Source: Naegleria gruberi (Eukaryota). From it: a DNA stretch of 64,000 nucleotides. This document shows, piece by piece, positions 42,247 through 52,633 of the stretch (within the stretch, counting starts at the first letter, position 1; each line of letters opens with the position of its first letter). The stretch is taken from NCBI GenBank assembly GCA_000004985.1, contig GG738845.1; one strand, given 5' to 3'. Below the pieces are notes generated by a model. The model was not told the DNA's origin and did not search any database. It was given only the letters and a program-made list of their open reading frames with translations. The position numbers were made by a program, and so were the translations under genes.

Positions 42247-44787
42247 TTAGAGTTCGTCTTTCTTTTCAGTTTCTTCTTGATTCACTTCTTCTGGTTGAGT
42301 TTCACTTTGAGGAGGTATGACAGTTTCATTCTTTTCTATTGTTGTTTCTGGTTTTGGTACAGGTTTTTTGGCCAAAATTAATGTACGTTCAGAAACCTTA
42401 CCACATTCTTTTTTAATTTCAGCTGCTAAAACTGTTGGAGCTTCAAAAAGGGGGAGCTTGTCTTGTTTGGAAATAGTATCACTTAAATACTTTTCTTTTT
42501 CTGTTATCAAATCTAAAAGTTCTTGTCTCTCTTCGTCAGTAATATGCTTTTGGTTATCTTTCATGTACTTAACAGCTTGATTGGTTACATTAAAAATATT
42601 TTTACAAAAACCAACAACTTCCTTTCTGGCTCTATGCTCCCTGTGTCTATCGTGGATTGGATTTGTAAAATCAGTAATAGTTCTGAGTTTTGTATTGTAA
42701 GTATCAACAACAGATTGATCCACAGTTCCTTCATCATAATTATCACTCAACCATACCTCCAATTCATCTAAAGCTTTGTTGATATTATTCTGTTCTGTAA
42801 CTGTAAAATATGGTTTAAATTCAGGATTGTCAAGAATCTTGTCTCTTGTACCATATAATGTTGCTTCTAATGTATTTCTGGCTGCAGAGATTTTTCTTTT
42901 TAAGGATTCATATTTTTCAACATTGTTAATCTTTTCTCTGGATGCTTTTAATTGTTCTGGAGTTAATTGTTTAACAAGAGATACCTCTGTCATTTTGAAA
43001 TCTAAATCAACTTTGGTAGTTTTAGTATCTTTTTTGTAGGTTGGTTCAGGTTTAGTTTCATTTGAACCATCCTTGATTGTATCGTTGGTTTCGACTCTAA
43101 CAGTAACTGTTTCTTCAAGAATAGCATTAACAGAATCTAATTCAACAAGGCCATATCTATTGAGTTTGAAAGTAGCCTTTACCTTTTTTTTCTTACCACG
43201 TTCATCCTCAAAAGTCCAATTAGACATTGTCTTTGTTACACCATTAATTTGATAAGTAGAAATAATAGAGTTTTCAGTAGTGTAAGATTTTGGAATGGAG
43301 TTTGGAGAATATTTCAATGTGATAGAAAAATCTTCCGTTCTTGGTACAGTAATTGTTTTCTTGGAATCAATTTCATCATTTGAATTAAATAAATTAATAT
43401 CCTTATCACTTCCAGATAGAGCAAAATTAATTTGATATGGAGTAATATCAACAAGTTTAAATGTTTTGACATGGAATGATGGAGAATTTGAAGCTCCAAA
43501 GAAACTTGCACCCATAGCAATTGCTTCATCTGCATTAAGACTATAACTCAAACTTAATTTGTTTGCAAATTTGGATAATCTTTCTTGAATTGCTGGAATT
43601 CTAGATGAACCTCCAGACATTTCAAAATAATCAATATCATCCATTGTTAAGTTGGCAGTTATAAGAGCTTCCTTGATTGGATCAACTAGTCTTAAAAGTA
43701 AACTCTCACTCAACTTTTCAAAATCTTCACGAGTAACTTTCATAGAGAGATCTCTGTCGTTATAAAGGCTTTCAATAGACAAGTGTGCTTCATTATTAGC
43801 GCTCAAGATATGTTTAAGTCTTTGAGCCTCTTCAACAAGTCTGGTTGCTGGTCTTTTTTCAACCCTTGGATCTTGCTTATACTTTTCTATGAATTTTTCA
43901 GCAAAATAGTTGGCCAAAACATTATCAAAATATGCTCCACCTAACTTTTCATCTGAAGCAACACCTAAAACCTTAATATTACCAAGACTATTCTTTTCCT
44001 TATTTTGAGAATATTCAACAACACTTACAGTTGTTGAAATGGATCCAATATCATAAAATAAAGTAATCATTCTTGGTTTTGTTAGCTCTTTGATGGTTTT
44101 AGTATTCTTAATACCATATTGTAAAGCAGTGGCAGCATGATCATGAATCAAAGCCAATACCTTAACGTTGGCAATAGATGCTGCGTCTAAAATGGCTTGT
44201 CTTTGTGAAATTGTAAAGAAATGTGGAATAGAAATTACAGTGTCAACAACTGGAGAACCTTTGCTGATATCATCCGCTAATTGTTTAATGTAGAGAAGAA
44301 TCATTGATAAAAGTTCCTCTGGACTATAAGAAACACTATTAGAAAATTTGACATCAATTGTTCCTCTTTCTTCATTCTTAACGAGTGATACTGGTACTTT
44401 CAATTCATTATAGCGTGTTAAAGTTTCATTCATTTCCAAATTATAATTCTTTCCCAATAGGAAATTCATGAAACGTAACATTTTTTCAGGGAAACGGGCT
44501 ACCATAGTATATGCAGCCTCTCCTACATATCTATCTTCATCTCTAAAACCGATAATATTTGAAGTTTTACGTTTAGATTGTTCATTTAGTACCAAATCGA
44601 TTGGAGAGCCTGATTTAGCAATGCCAATCTTCAACCACCTGGAACCAAGATCAATACCAATCAAAGGTCCTTGTTGGGAAGATGATATGAATAAACAAAC
44701 AATTAAAATCACAACCAAAATGGAATGGGTAATTATTTTGGATTTGTTGATACCTCCTCTTTGAGGTGGTAAAGAGTATCCGATCAT
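42247..44787 (-). CDS. HYOU1: ER-lumenal Hsp70-superfamily chaperone of the GRP170/HYOU1 (Lhs1) type
   Basis: N-terminal hydrophobic signal-like segment. Hsp70 ATPase motifs (IGIDLGSRWLKIGIA; DLGGGT-like region). Long divergent substrate-binding and C-terminal extension typical of Hsp110/GRP170. C-terminal KDEL retrieval signal (...EETEKKDEL). Confidence 0.8.
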   Translation of the reverse strand: MIGYSLPPQRGGINKSKIITHSILVVILIVCLFISSSQQGPLIGIDLGSRWLKIGIAKSGSPIDLVLNEQSKRKTSNIIGFRDEDRYVGEAAYTMVARFPEKMLRFMNFLLGKNYNLEMNETLTRYNELKVPVSLVKNEERGTIDVKFSNSVSYSPEELLSMILLYIKQLADDISKGSPVVDTVISIPHFFTISQRQAILDAASIANVKVLALIHDHAATALQYGIKNTKTIKELTKPRMITLFYDIGSISTTVSVVEYSQNKEKNSLGNIKVLGVASDEKLGGAYFDNVLANYFAEKFIEKYKQDPRVEKRPATRLVEEAQRLKHILSANNEAHLSIESLYNDRDLSMKVTREDFEKLSESLLLRLVDPIKEALITANLTMDDIDYFEMSGGSSRIPAIQERLSKFANKLSLSYSLNADEAIAMGASFFGASNSPSFHVKTFKLVDITPYQINFALSGSDKDINLFNSNDEIDSKKTITVPRTEDFSITLKYSPNSIPKSYTTENSIISTYQINGVTKTMSNWTFEDERGKKKKVKATFKLNRYGLVELDSVNAILEETVTVRVETNDTIKDGSNETKPEPTYKKDTKTTKVDLDFKMTEVSLVKQLTPEQLKASREKINNVEKYESLKRKISAARNTLEATLYGTRDKILDNPEFKPYFTVTEQNNINKALDELEVWLSDNYDEGTVDQSVVDTYNTKLRTITDFTNPIHDRHREHRARKEVVGFCKNIFNVTNQAVKYMKDNQKHITDEERQELLDLITEKEKYLSDTISKQDKLPLFEAPTVLAAEIKKECGKVSERTLILAKKPVPKPETTIEKNETVIPPQSETQPEEVNQEETEKKDEL

Positions 44788-45118
44788 TCTTTTTTTGAAA
44801 ATTACTATTGTCTAAAACTTTGAGTTTGTAATCGTTTCGGTGTTTGTATTGGTTCTTGTTGTATTTTTTTGATTTTTTGTTTTAAATTATCGGAAGGATT
44901 CCTTTGAGTGCTAATAAAACACGTGTTCGGGAAGACGTATTGTGTGGACTGGATTTTGTTTAGATTTTTTCATATTATGCTAGTCATTGCTACTAGCTAA
45001 CAACATTATAATTGTTGTTTTTAAATTTTAAATTGGACGAATTTATTATCTTACTAGTACAATATCAATACAAGTAATTTTCTTCTTATTACCTCCCAAA
45101 GTCACAAACAATTAAAAA

Positions 45119-48100
45119 ATGCTGACAACCATAGAACATCAGTACGAGGCACAAATTTCCAAACTCAACTCGTCAATGAGTTCGGGGGTTGTTGGCAGTA
45201 TCAAAAAGAGTCATAGTGGACTTCCTATCCAAAATATCAGATGGTTATCAACTATGAATCTATTGAACAAACCATCTGTTCTAGTATCAAATAATGTGAT
45301 TTCATCCAATGCTGTTGGTGGGATAACAAATGTAAATTTACAATCATCGTCACTATCTAGTGGAGTATCATCAGCACATTCTAATTTATTATCGGCTCAA
45401 CTTATTTCTGATCCGTTATTTCTGTATAGTAATGTTAATAGTAATCAATCAAATTCTCCTTCATCTATTTATTCTAAACAAGATGTAATCTTGGAACAAT
45501 TATATACTAGTAATACTTCACCAACAACATCTAGAAGTGACAAACAAGAAAAGAGCAAAACATTTACCAAACAATTTTCCTTTGATATGCATATAGCAGA
45601 AATGGGAGGTAAAAGTGCCTCTACTTCCAATTCAATATTTAGTAACCAAAACGTAAAGAATATTCTGGTTGACCCACAATTAGAAGAGTTACTAAACCGT
45701 TATAGATCACAAATTACTTGTATTAACACTTCTGATAATGGAAAGTTTGTCGTTTTTGCTATTAAAACCAATGAAACATCCTCTAATAATAGTAATTCTA
45801 CACCAGTAGTCTCAAAACCTAATATTTTAATCATTATTTACTCTAGAAGCCAACAAATTCAAAATATGGTTAATAATTTAAACAAAACTAATCAAAATTC
45901 CCAACCATCCATGTCTCAAAAGATAAAAACATATTTTAATGGATCTAGTAATTTAGATTCGTCAGACTCCAAAAAAACAAAGAAAGGTAATCTTGGCCAT
46001 TTATTAGGACAAATTAAAGTAGTTCAACCTCCTCGTGGTATGCAAGAAATGGACGGATTGAGTTGGAGAAAAAAATTAAAAAGTGTTGAAACACTAAATA
46101 GAAACATAAATGAAAGAAATATTTCAAAGGGAAACATGGGAGATAGTAACGATTTTATTAAGGGAAGCAGTCATACTAACCAACCAAGTAATACTATTAA
46201 TATTTCTCAACTTCCTCCTGTTTCTGTCAAACAAATTTTTATTTCTAATGATGGTTATAATGTTGTTTGTGTAACAGAAAATAATGATATTTGGTTATAT
46301 GATTGTTTCCCATCAAGTAGATCAAATATTGCTAATCTATTTAAATATGAAAATTCAATGTTTAGGATTAATAATAGTGGGAATCTAAATAATTCTACCA
46401 ATATGTCATCAAGATCGAGATCAGCATCTTCTCCACAATTTGGAAATGTTGCATCATCTTTTGGAAGTACAAATACTGATAGTAAACGAATGAGTGACTC
46501 TAGAAATACCATTAATGCCACCTTACTTCCTTCCAGTAATATAGATAGTATGCTTGAAGAGGAGACTTTTCACAGATATTTAATGAAAACAAATAATCAG
46601 GGATTATTTGCAATAGATGATTTTGGTCTTCACTACCAACCAAGAAATTCTGTTGTTGGTAATGAATTACTACCTACACCCAGAGAGCCCATTGTTACAG
46701 TTTCAGGCATGAATATTCACTCTTCTAGTTCATCATCAATTGGTAACTATCTTCAGTATTCAATTGAAGAATGGACTATTTTACCATCACATTTAGATGG
46801 AGTAGACAATGTAAATTACAGGTCTAAAGAAGGGACAGATCAAAAACAAGTTCTACTCCCAAATGAAGATATTCATTTTGACATCAAATTTTGCCACAGC
46901 CCTATCCATGGAAGATTTTGCCAGATTAGCTCGGCTATTGTAAGCAAAATGTTTGTGAAATATGAAATTTACAAAAAAATGCAATCAATGTTCCAAGCTA
47001 ATATTGAATCACCTGAAAAGAAAAAAGTTAATGCAAGTTTGGGAGTTATTAATAGTAACAATGCTTCTATTATGAAACATGAGGGTTTTTCTCCTTTAGA
47101 AAATCTTCCTTCCAGTTCATCCCTTTTAAAAGAGCAAGGTTTAGTTATAAAGGATAAAAATAAGAATAGCGATGATGAAGATATTGGTCCAAACATAAAA
47201 GCAAGACGAAGCCCTTCAGTATTTAGACATATGGCATCAGCAAATATTTCTACATCAGCAGATATCAGTGATTCAGATTCAGATTCTTCAGATACTCCAA
47301 CATTGTCCAGACAAAACTCTCTTGTTTCCCTTGCTAACAGCGTTAAAATACCAAAACTTAAACTTAATTTTGGAAGTAGTGAAAAGAAAACAAATGATAG
47401 AGTATCTGTCAAAAGAGAAATGGCTTTTGAAACTGTAAGAAACGATAATCAACTCTCAAAAAAGTCTAGTAATAAGAATATAGGAAGAATGTCCATGATT
47501 CTATCAAGATCAGGCCTTGCTTCTGCATTTGATACATCCTCTTCTGGAATATCTACACCAAGATTAACAAGTAGAGTTGGTACATTTTCTGGTGCATCAG
47601 CAGATCAGGTTATTCCAACTCTTTTTGATGATTTTAATAATTTACCAACATCATTTCAATCAAAAGATTTGGAAACACCAAATATTCTCTCTAGATGTTT
47701 ATTGATATCGAATTGTACTGTATTCCTTTCAAAAAGAAAGTTTATCAAGTCTGCAAATAGTTTTAACACTAATCCTATTCCAACACCAAGATTCCCAATA
47801 ATTGACCACTGTCCATTTCATTTAAGCATTGATAGGACCTATACTGTTCTTGATAAGGTTTTAGATGAAGAGGATGTCTCAATGACAAAAGTATTTCATG
47901 GAGCTGCTAAACAAAAATCAATACCTGAATGTATTGTAAAATGGGATAACGAAACGTCTATGTTATGCGTTGTAGCAAACAGTTTTGATCATAGTTCGTT
48001 ATTTGAATCAAAAGTATTTTTTTATTCACCAATTAGAAGAAAATCTGTTTGTGTAGTGTATGGCACAAAGTCATTAGAGTGTTTACCAATGAGTAGAACT

Positions 48101-51100
48101 TCAAGAAATCCAACAGAGCTTGTTTCATTTTCAGTCCAAGACATGTGTTGGTCAAATAATAGTTTATTCATAATATTAGTTGATGCTAGAGGAAATATGT
48201 CTATGATTAGTAGACTTAATGAGTTTATGCTTATGAAGGATAAGCAATTATTACAACAAAGTGCAATCTCTAATTTTGTACCATTTTACAAAAATCATAG
48301 TGAAAGTAGAGATTTAGAAACTACAAAATTTTCTGTTAAATCTCACCCGTACCAAGGACAATTTATTGTTTCTGATGGATTTAAGGTAAAACTATTTAAT
48401 TTTGTTTCAGAAAGAGATGAAATTGATTTAACGACCATTCTTTCTTCTTATCACGGTTCTTGTTATGGTATTGAACAATATATTTTCCATGCGACCTATG
48501 ACAAAAAATCAAGAGTTGATACCGCTTTGGATATTTGGAGATTATGTGTCTCTCATCCTCAACTTTCCAGATTCCAAAAGCAAAATCATAATTATTTAGA
48601 GTTTGTAATCAAAAAGATGAGTGAGTATATACTCAACCATGGAGATTCCTTCTCCAAAAAAATAACCTCATTCTTTGAAATTCTTCAAGACAGCTTGGAT
48701 TGGAGTATTAATGGCGTTCAAAATCCAAGTTTTTTGCTTCCATATCTTATCAAACTTACAGAGATGGTTTTCAGAAAGTTTTTAAAAAAGGAAAAAAAGC
48801 AAAACCTTCAAAGATTAGCTAACTTTTTGGAAGAAACAGAGGCCAAATGTAATGAGCTTGTTCATTATTGTCAATCTTGTTTTGTTTGGGATACAAATAC
48901 TTTGGGCGATTCAGAAGCTGACTCTATTCGTCAATCTCCTATCATACTATTTGATTGTTGGGTAGAGCTTGGACAAAGTATTCAAACCGCTCTAAATAGA
49001 ATGAAAAATAAGCCTAATACTTCTGATATAAAGGCAACAGTGTTAAAGATTATTTCATCTGAAAAGAAGGCTAAGAGTGAGGCTGGAATGATTGAGAGTA
49101 GCAGTTCTGACGAAAGTGATCAAGAGATTAGAAAAAAACCTGCTAATAATATTATTTATGATAGCGATGAAAGTGATACATCAACAGAATATTTAGGTGA
49201 TGATATTGAAGATTTCTCTGATACTGCCAAAGTAATTTCTTCTGATGAAGAAAATGAAGATCTTGAAAATACCTTGAAAAAACTTTTAGAGCTGGTGATT
49301 AAAAAGTTGAAAAATCGTACAGCTTACTTGAGCAACAAAACTTCTGTTAATGGAACATTCCTAGAAAGATATTCGACTACATTGAATCCAAAAAGCAAAA
49401 GTATTTTCAGATTCACTAATCAAGATGTAAAATATTTACTGACTGGTAACAACCAATACATGTTAGGAAATTACAAAAAGGCTATCAAATACTATATGAA
49501 AATACATGAATCAAATGAAGCCCAATCACCTACCACATCAGCTACAATTCCATCAACAGCTCTTTCTTATTACACAAAATCTACAGTACTTTTTTTAGCA
49601 AATTTATTCATGTATGATATTACAGAAATATTTAGAGTTTTAAATGATCAAATGCATACAGGTATCGTTGATTTAGTTAGAAGCTCTGGAGTTCTTCTTG
49701 AACATCATAAAAATAATATTAGTAAGGGTTTGGGATCTGGTGTCCTTAGATCAACAGCCAATATGAATGTTATTAATGCAGTAATTACTTTACTAACTGC
49801 TCTATATGAAAAGAAAAATGTTTACATATTGTCACCTGTTTTTTATCAAATAATTGTTGATAAAAATACTGGTAATGATAATAAGAATATTTCTATAGAT
49901 TTAGTAATTGTAAAAGATATTACTTCCAAGCAAACAACAAATAGTATTGCCTACTATTATATTCCTCTAGATATGTCAACTTTTAAAACAAATTTTGAAA
50001 ATGAAATGAAAAAAAGATCAGTCAATGGAAAATCCATTGTAAATCAGTTATTGCTTGAAACTGGTAGAATACATGAGGCTATACGTTTTTGTTTGAGATT
50101 TGATTATAAGAAAGCTTACACCATCTTTCTAGTGACAAATGGAATGCTTGGAAGTAAAGAAACAACAGATACGTCTAACAATAGTGGTAACAATTCTGCA
50201 AAACCTGTACCAACCAAAAAATCATCCACACCAGGTCAAAAGAAAAATCAATACGATATTCAACAAATTGTACATATTTACAAAGAACTTTTGTACGAAT
50301 ATCTAGATAAGGAAGATAGCAAAGAGGTAAACACTATTCTAAGCACTACTGATTTTTTCATTCCAAAACAAAGTGATGAATTGAGAGTTGGTGCCATTGA
50401 AACATACCTCAGAAAATTGCAACTAATGTTAAAAGAAACATGTTCCTTGCTATTTTTAAGTAAGGAAGATTTTACTTCTGTTGTTACAACAAACGATAAT
50501 GATACGAGAAGGAGAAATAGATCTTCTGTTCTTTCTAAAGAAAAAAAGCTAACTAGGAAATTGGAAGATTTACTTGATAGAGAGTTTATGAAAAGTGAAT
50601 CATATTTTCTTTCGAACTTGTGTCAGTTCATAACTTCCCAAAAACCATCGAAGCCTACACGAAAACAAAGAGAATATTATCTTTCCTTATTGGATGCTAT
50701 TAGATCAGGTAATTTATTACCACACATTACCTTCAGAGAATATAGACTGAAATATTTGAGAAGAATTAATGAAGATGTTGTTGCCTATGATGAATCAGAT
50801 GGAATCCCTTTTTCCACACCAGTAACGACCAACATAAGAGGCGATAATATTAGTAATCTTCCCCTTATTACTGTAATCGAAAAAGAATGTGAAAAAAGCG
50901 TTAGATTTTTATTGATGGATCAATTGATTATCTTTTCAAACATTCCAAACCTTTCATTTATTGAATTACTAAAGTATTACCAAAACGACTTTTGTAAGAT
51001 GAATGGATTTTCTAAAGGTTTATCATCACAAGAGAAACAAAACCAATTGAGTCTCTATATCAAACCATTTAGATTTTTGTGTAGATTTTTATGGTATTGT

Positions 51101-52591
51101 CATATTACTGAGGAGATGACTTCCATAACTTCAAATAATAGGACAAATCCGTTTAAATTACTTTATAATCACTCTAAAAAATTGGAAACAGAGTCTGATA
51201 TTTCTGATTTAACTGATACCCTTGTGTATACTTGTGAATTGTTTGCCTTTTTGCTTGACTTTAGAGAATTTTTTACTAGATCATTTTTAGAATCTACTGT
51301 ATTAACAATTTTAACTGTGGCCATCAATATTTCACACAACACTAAAGATGAGGATGATATGAAATCTCCTAGAAGAGAAACAGATACTTCTCAACTACCT
51401 CACACAGAAATTCAAAACGATACAACAAAGAAAGGAAAGAGAAATATGATAGCAGAAACTGTTTGTAGAATATTAGCTAAGCACATGCATGATTCCCAAC
51501 AAGTAGTTCCTCATCTTGGAAAGAGATATGTACAACTTTCAAAAGCCCTAGATGAGAATATTTTAGAATCTAAAATCAACGAGTTTGAGGCTTTTAGACA
51601 ATACAAATCAGAAAATACCCAAGTAACAGATCAAGATAATGGTTCTTCAATTTTATGGACCTGTGAAATTGAAGAGTCATACTGGACCTTTTTACAAGTA
51701 TTTTTCAATGACGTTTTGAGTAACGCTGGATCGAATGCTAAGGATTTAATGACTAATATAACAGCAGCTATTTCTCAAGGAGAAAATTCAACTAGTTCTC
51801 TAATTGTAGACTCTCTTAACACTTTGAAACATTCCTTGGCAAAGATTAAAAACACCAAAACTACCAGTGGAACTTCAATCAAACCATCAACAACAGATGC
51901 TGACTCTAACAGATCACAAGAGCAAAGAGATATCACAAGACAACTTTCAGCTAAAGAATTGATCAATGACTTTAACAATATGGTTTCACAAAACAATAAT
52001 GGTGATTTAAGTGGAAGAAAGATTATTCCAAACAGAAGAACTAAGTCAGTCATTAGTACTAATACCACCATTAAGTATGAAGATAAAGTTGAAGAAACTG
52101 ATGACACTTACAATCTCCAAACTACTGAAAAAAGAAACGATTACGAAAATTCAAATGAAAAATATCCAACAACCAAGAAGAAAACTCAAACTCTGGATGA
52201 TCCTGCTTTGGGTTTAATTATTGACAGTATTTCAAATCCACAACAGCAAGTTCCTCCACTAAATATAAACAAGGAGGACGAGAAGAAAAAGCCATTCTCA
52301 ATCAAGAACTTTTTCAAATCAAAAGAGAGTCCAAGAAGTAGTTCCACAATTTCCTCTTCAAATGGCAACAAATTGAAAGATCTTACATCTCCAAGAGCAA
52401 ACACAATTTCTTCCACACCACCAACACATAAAAAACGAGCAAATAAGACAGTAATGGATGATGGAAATATTATTGGAGAAACTATTTGTGGGGATAGTCC
52501 AGCATCACACGAAATTGCAATCGAACACGATATTGATTCACCAGAAAGTGATGGTGAACAGACAAAATCCTACACAACAATCCACATCTAA
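45119..52591 (+). CDS. Very large uncharacterized protein (2490 aa). N-terminal S/N/T-rich low-complexity region, possible beta-strand-rich region in the middle, helical C-terminal half.
   Basis: Single uninterrupted ORF with ATG start. No family recognised by eye. Confidence 0.6.
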   Translation: MLTTIEHQYEAQISKLNSSMSSGVVGSIKKSHSGLPIQNIRWLSTMNLLNKPSVLVSNNVISSNAVGGITNVNLQSSSLSSGVSSAHSNLLSAQLISDPLFLYSNVNSNQSNSPSSIYSKQDVILEQLYTSNTSPTTSRSDKQEKSKTFTKQFSFDMHIAEMGGKSASTSNSIFSNQNVKNILVDPQLEELLNRYRSQITCINTSDNGKFVVFAIKTNETSSNNSNSTPVVSKPNILIIIYSRSQQIQNMVNNLNKTNQNSQPSMSQKIKTYFNGSSNLDSSDSKKTKKGNLGHLLGQIKVVQPPRGMQEMDGLSWRKKLKSVETLNRNINERNISKGNMGDSNDFIKGSSHTNQPSNTINISQLPPVSVKQIFISNDGYNVVCVTENNDIWLYDCFPSSRSNIANLFKYENSMFRINNSGNLNNSTNMSSRSRSASSPQFGNVASSFGSTNTDSKRMSDSRNTINATLLPSSNIDSMLEEETFHRYLMKTNNQGLFAIDDFGLHYQPRNSVVGNELLPTPREPIVTVSGMNIHSSSSSSIGNYLQYSIEEWTILPSHLDGVDNVNYRSKEGTDQKQVLLPNEDIHFDIKFCHSPIHGRFCQISSAIVSKMFVKYEIYKKMQSMFQANIESPEKKKVNASLGVINSNNASIMKHEGFSPLENLPSSSSLLKEQGLVIKDKNKNSDDEDIGPNIKARRSPSVFRHMASANISTSADISDSDSDSSDTPTLSRQNSLVSLANSVKIPKLKLNFGSSEKKTNDRVSVKREMAFETVRNDNQLSKKSSNKNIGRMSMILSRSGLASAFDTSSSGISTPRLTSRVGTFSGASADQVIPTLFDDFNNLPTSFQSKDLETPNILSRCLLISNCTVFLSKRKFIKSANSFNTNPIPTPRFPIIDHCPFHLSIDRTYTVLDKVLDEEDVSMTKVFHGAAKQKSIPECIVKWDNETSMLCVVANSFDHSSLFESKVFFYSPIRRKSVCVVYGTKSLECLPMSRTSRNPTELVSFSVQDMCWSNNSLFIILVDARGNMSMISRLNEFMLMKDKQLLQQSAISNFVPFYKNHSESRDLETTKFSVKSHPYQGQFIVSDGFKVKLFNFVSERDEIDLTTILSSYHGSCYGIEQYIFHATYDKKSRVDTALDIWRLCVSHPQLSRFQKQNHNYLEFVIKKMSEYILNHGDSFSKKITSFFEILQDSLDWSINGVQNPSFLLPYLIKLTEMVFRKFLKKEKKQNLQRLANFLEETEAKCNELVHYCQSCFVWDTNTLGDSEADSIRQSPIILFDCWVELGQSIQTALNRMKNKPNTSDIKATVLKIISSEKKAKSEAGMIESSSSDESDQEIRKKPANNIIYDSDESDTSTEYLGDDIEDFSDTAKVISSDEENEDLENTLKKLLELVIKKLKNRTAYLSNKTSVNGTFLERYSTTLNPKSKSIFRFTNQDVKYLLTGNNQYMLGNYKKAIKYYMKIHESNEAQSPTTSATIPSTALSYYTKSTVLFLANLFMYDITEIFRVLNDQMHTGIVDLVRSSGVLLEHHKNNISKGLGSGVLRSTANMNVINAVITLLTALYEKKNVYILSPVFYQIIVDKNTGNDNKNISIDLVIVKDITSKQTTNSIAYYYIPLDMSTFKTNFENEMKKRSVNGKSIVNQLLLETGRIHEAIRFCLRFDYKKAYTIFLVTNGMLGSKETTDTSNNSGNNSAKPVPTKKSSTPGQKKNQYDIQQIVHIYKELLYEYLDKEDSKEVNTILSTTDFFIPKQSDELRVGAIETYLRKLQLMLKETCSLLFLSKEDFTSVVTTNDNDTRRRNRSSVLSKEKKLTRKLEDLLDREFMKSESYFLSNLCQFITSQKPSKPTRKQREYYLSLLDAIRSGNLLPHITFREYRLKYLRRINEDVVAYDESDGIPFSTPVTTNIRGDNISNLPLITVIEKECEKSVRFLLMDQLIIFSNIPNLSFIELLKYYQNDFCKMNGFSKGLSSQEKQNQLSLYIKPFRFLCRFLWYCHITEEMTSITSNNRTNPFKLLYNHSKKLETESDISDLTDTLVYTCELFAFLLDFREFFTRSFLESTVLTILTVAINISHNTKDEDDMKSPRRETDTSQLPHTEIQNDTTKKGKRNMIAETVCRILAKHMHDSQQVVPHLGKRYVQLSKALDENILESKINEFEAFRQYKSENTQVTDQDNGSSILWTCEIEESYWTFLQVFFNDVLSNAGSNAKDLMTNITAAISQGENSTSSLIVDSLNTLKHSLAKIKNTKTTSGTSIKPSTTDADSNRSQEQRDITRQLSAKELINDFNNMVSQNNNGDLSGRKIIPNRRTKSVISTNTTIKYEDKVEETDDTYNLQTTEKRNDYENSNEKYPTTKKKTQTLDDPALGLIIDSISNPQQQVPPLNINKEDEKKKPFSIKNFFKSKESPRSSSTISSSNGNKLKDLTSPRANTISSTPPTHKKRANKTVMDDGNIIGETICGDSPASHEIAIEHDIDSPESDGEQTKSYTTIHI

Positions 52592-52633
52592 CAAGATTTT
52601 TTAATAAAAATTCATAAAAAATCTTTCAAAAAA

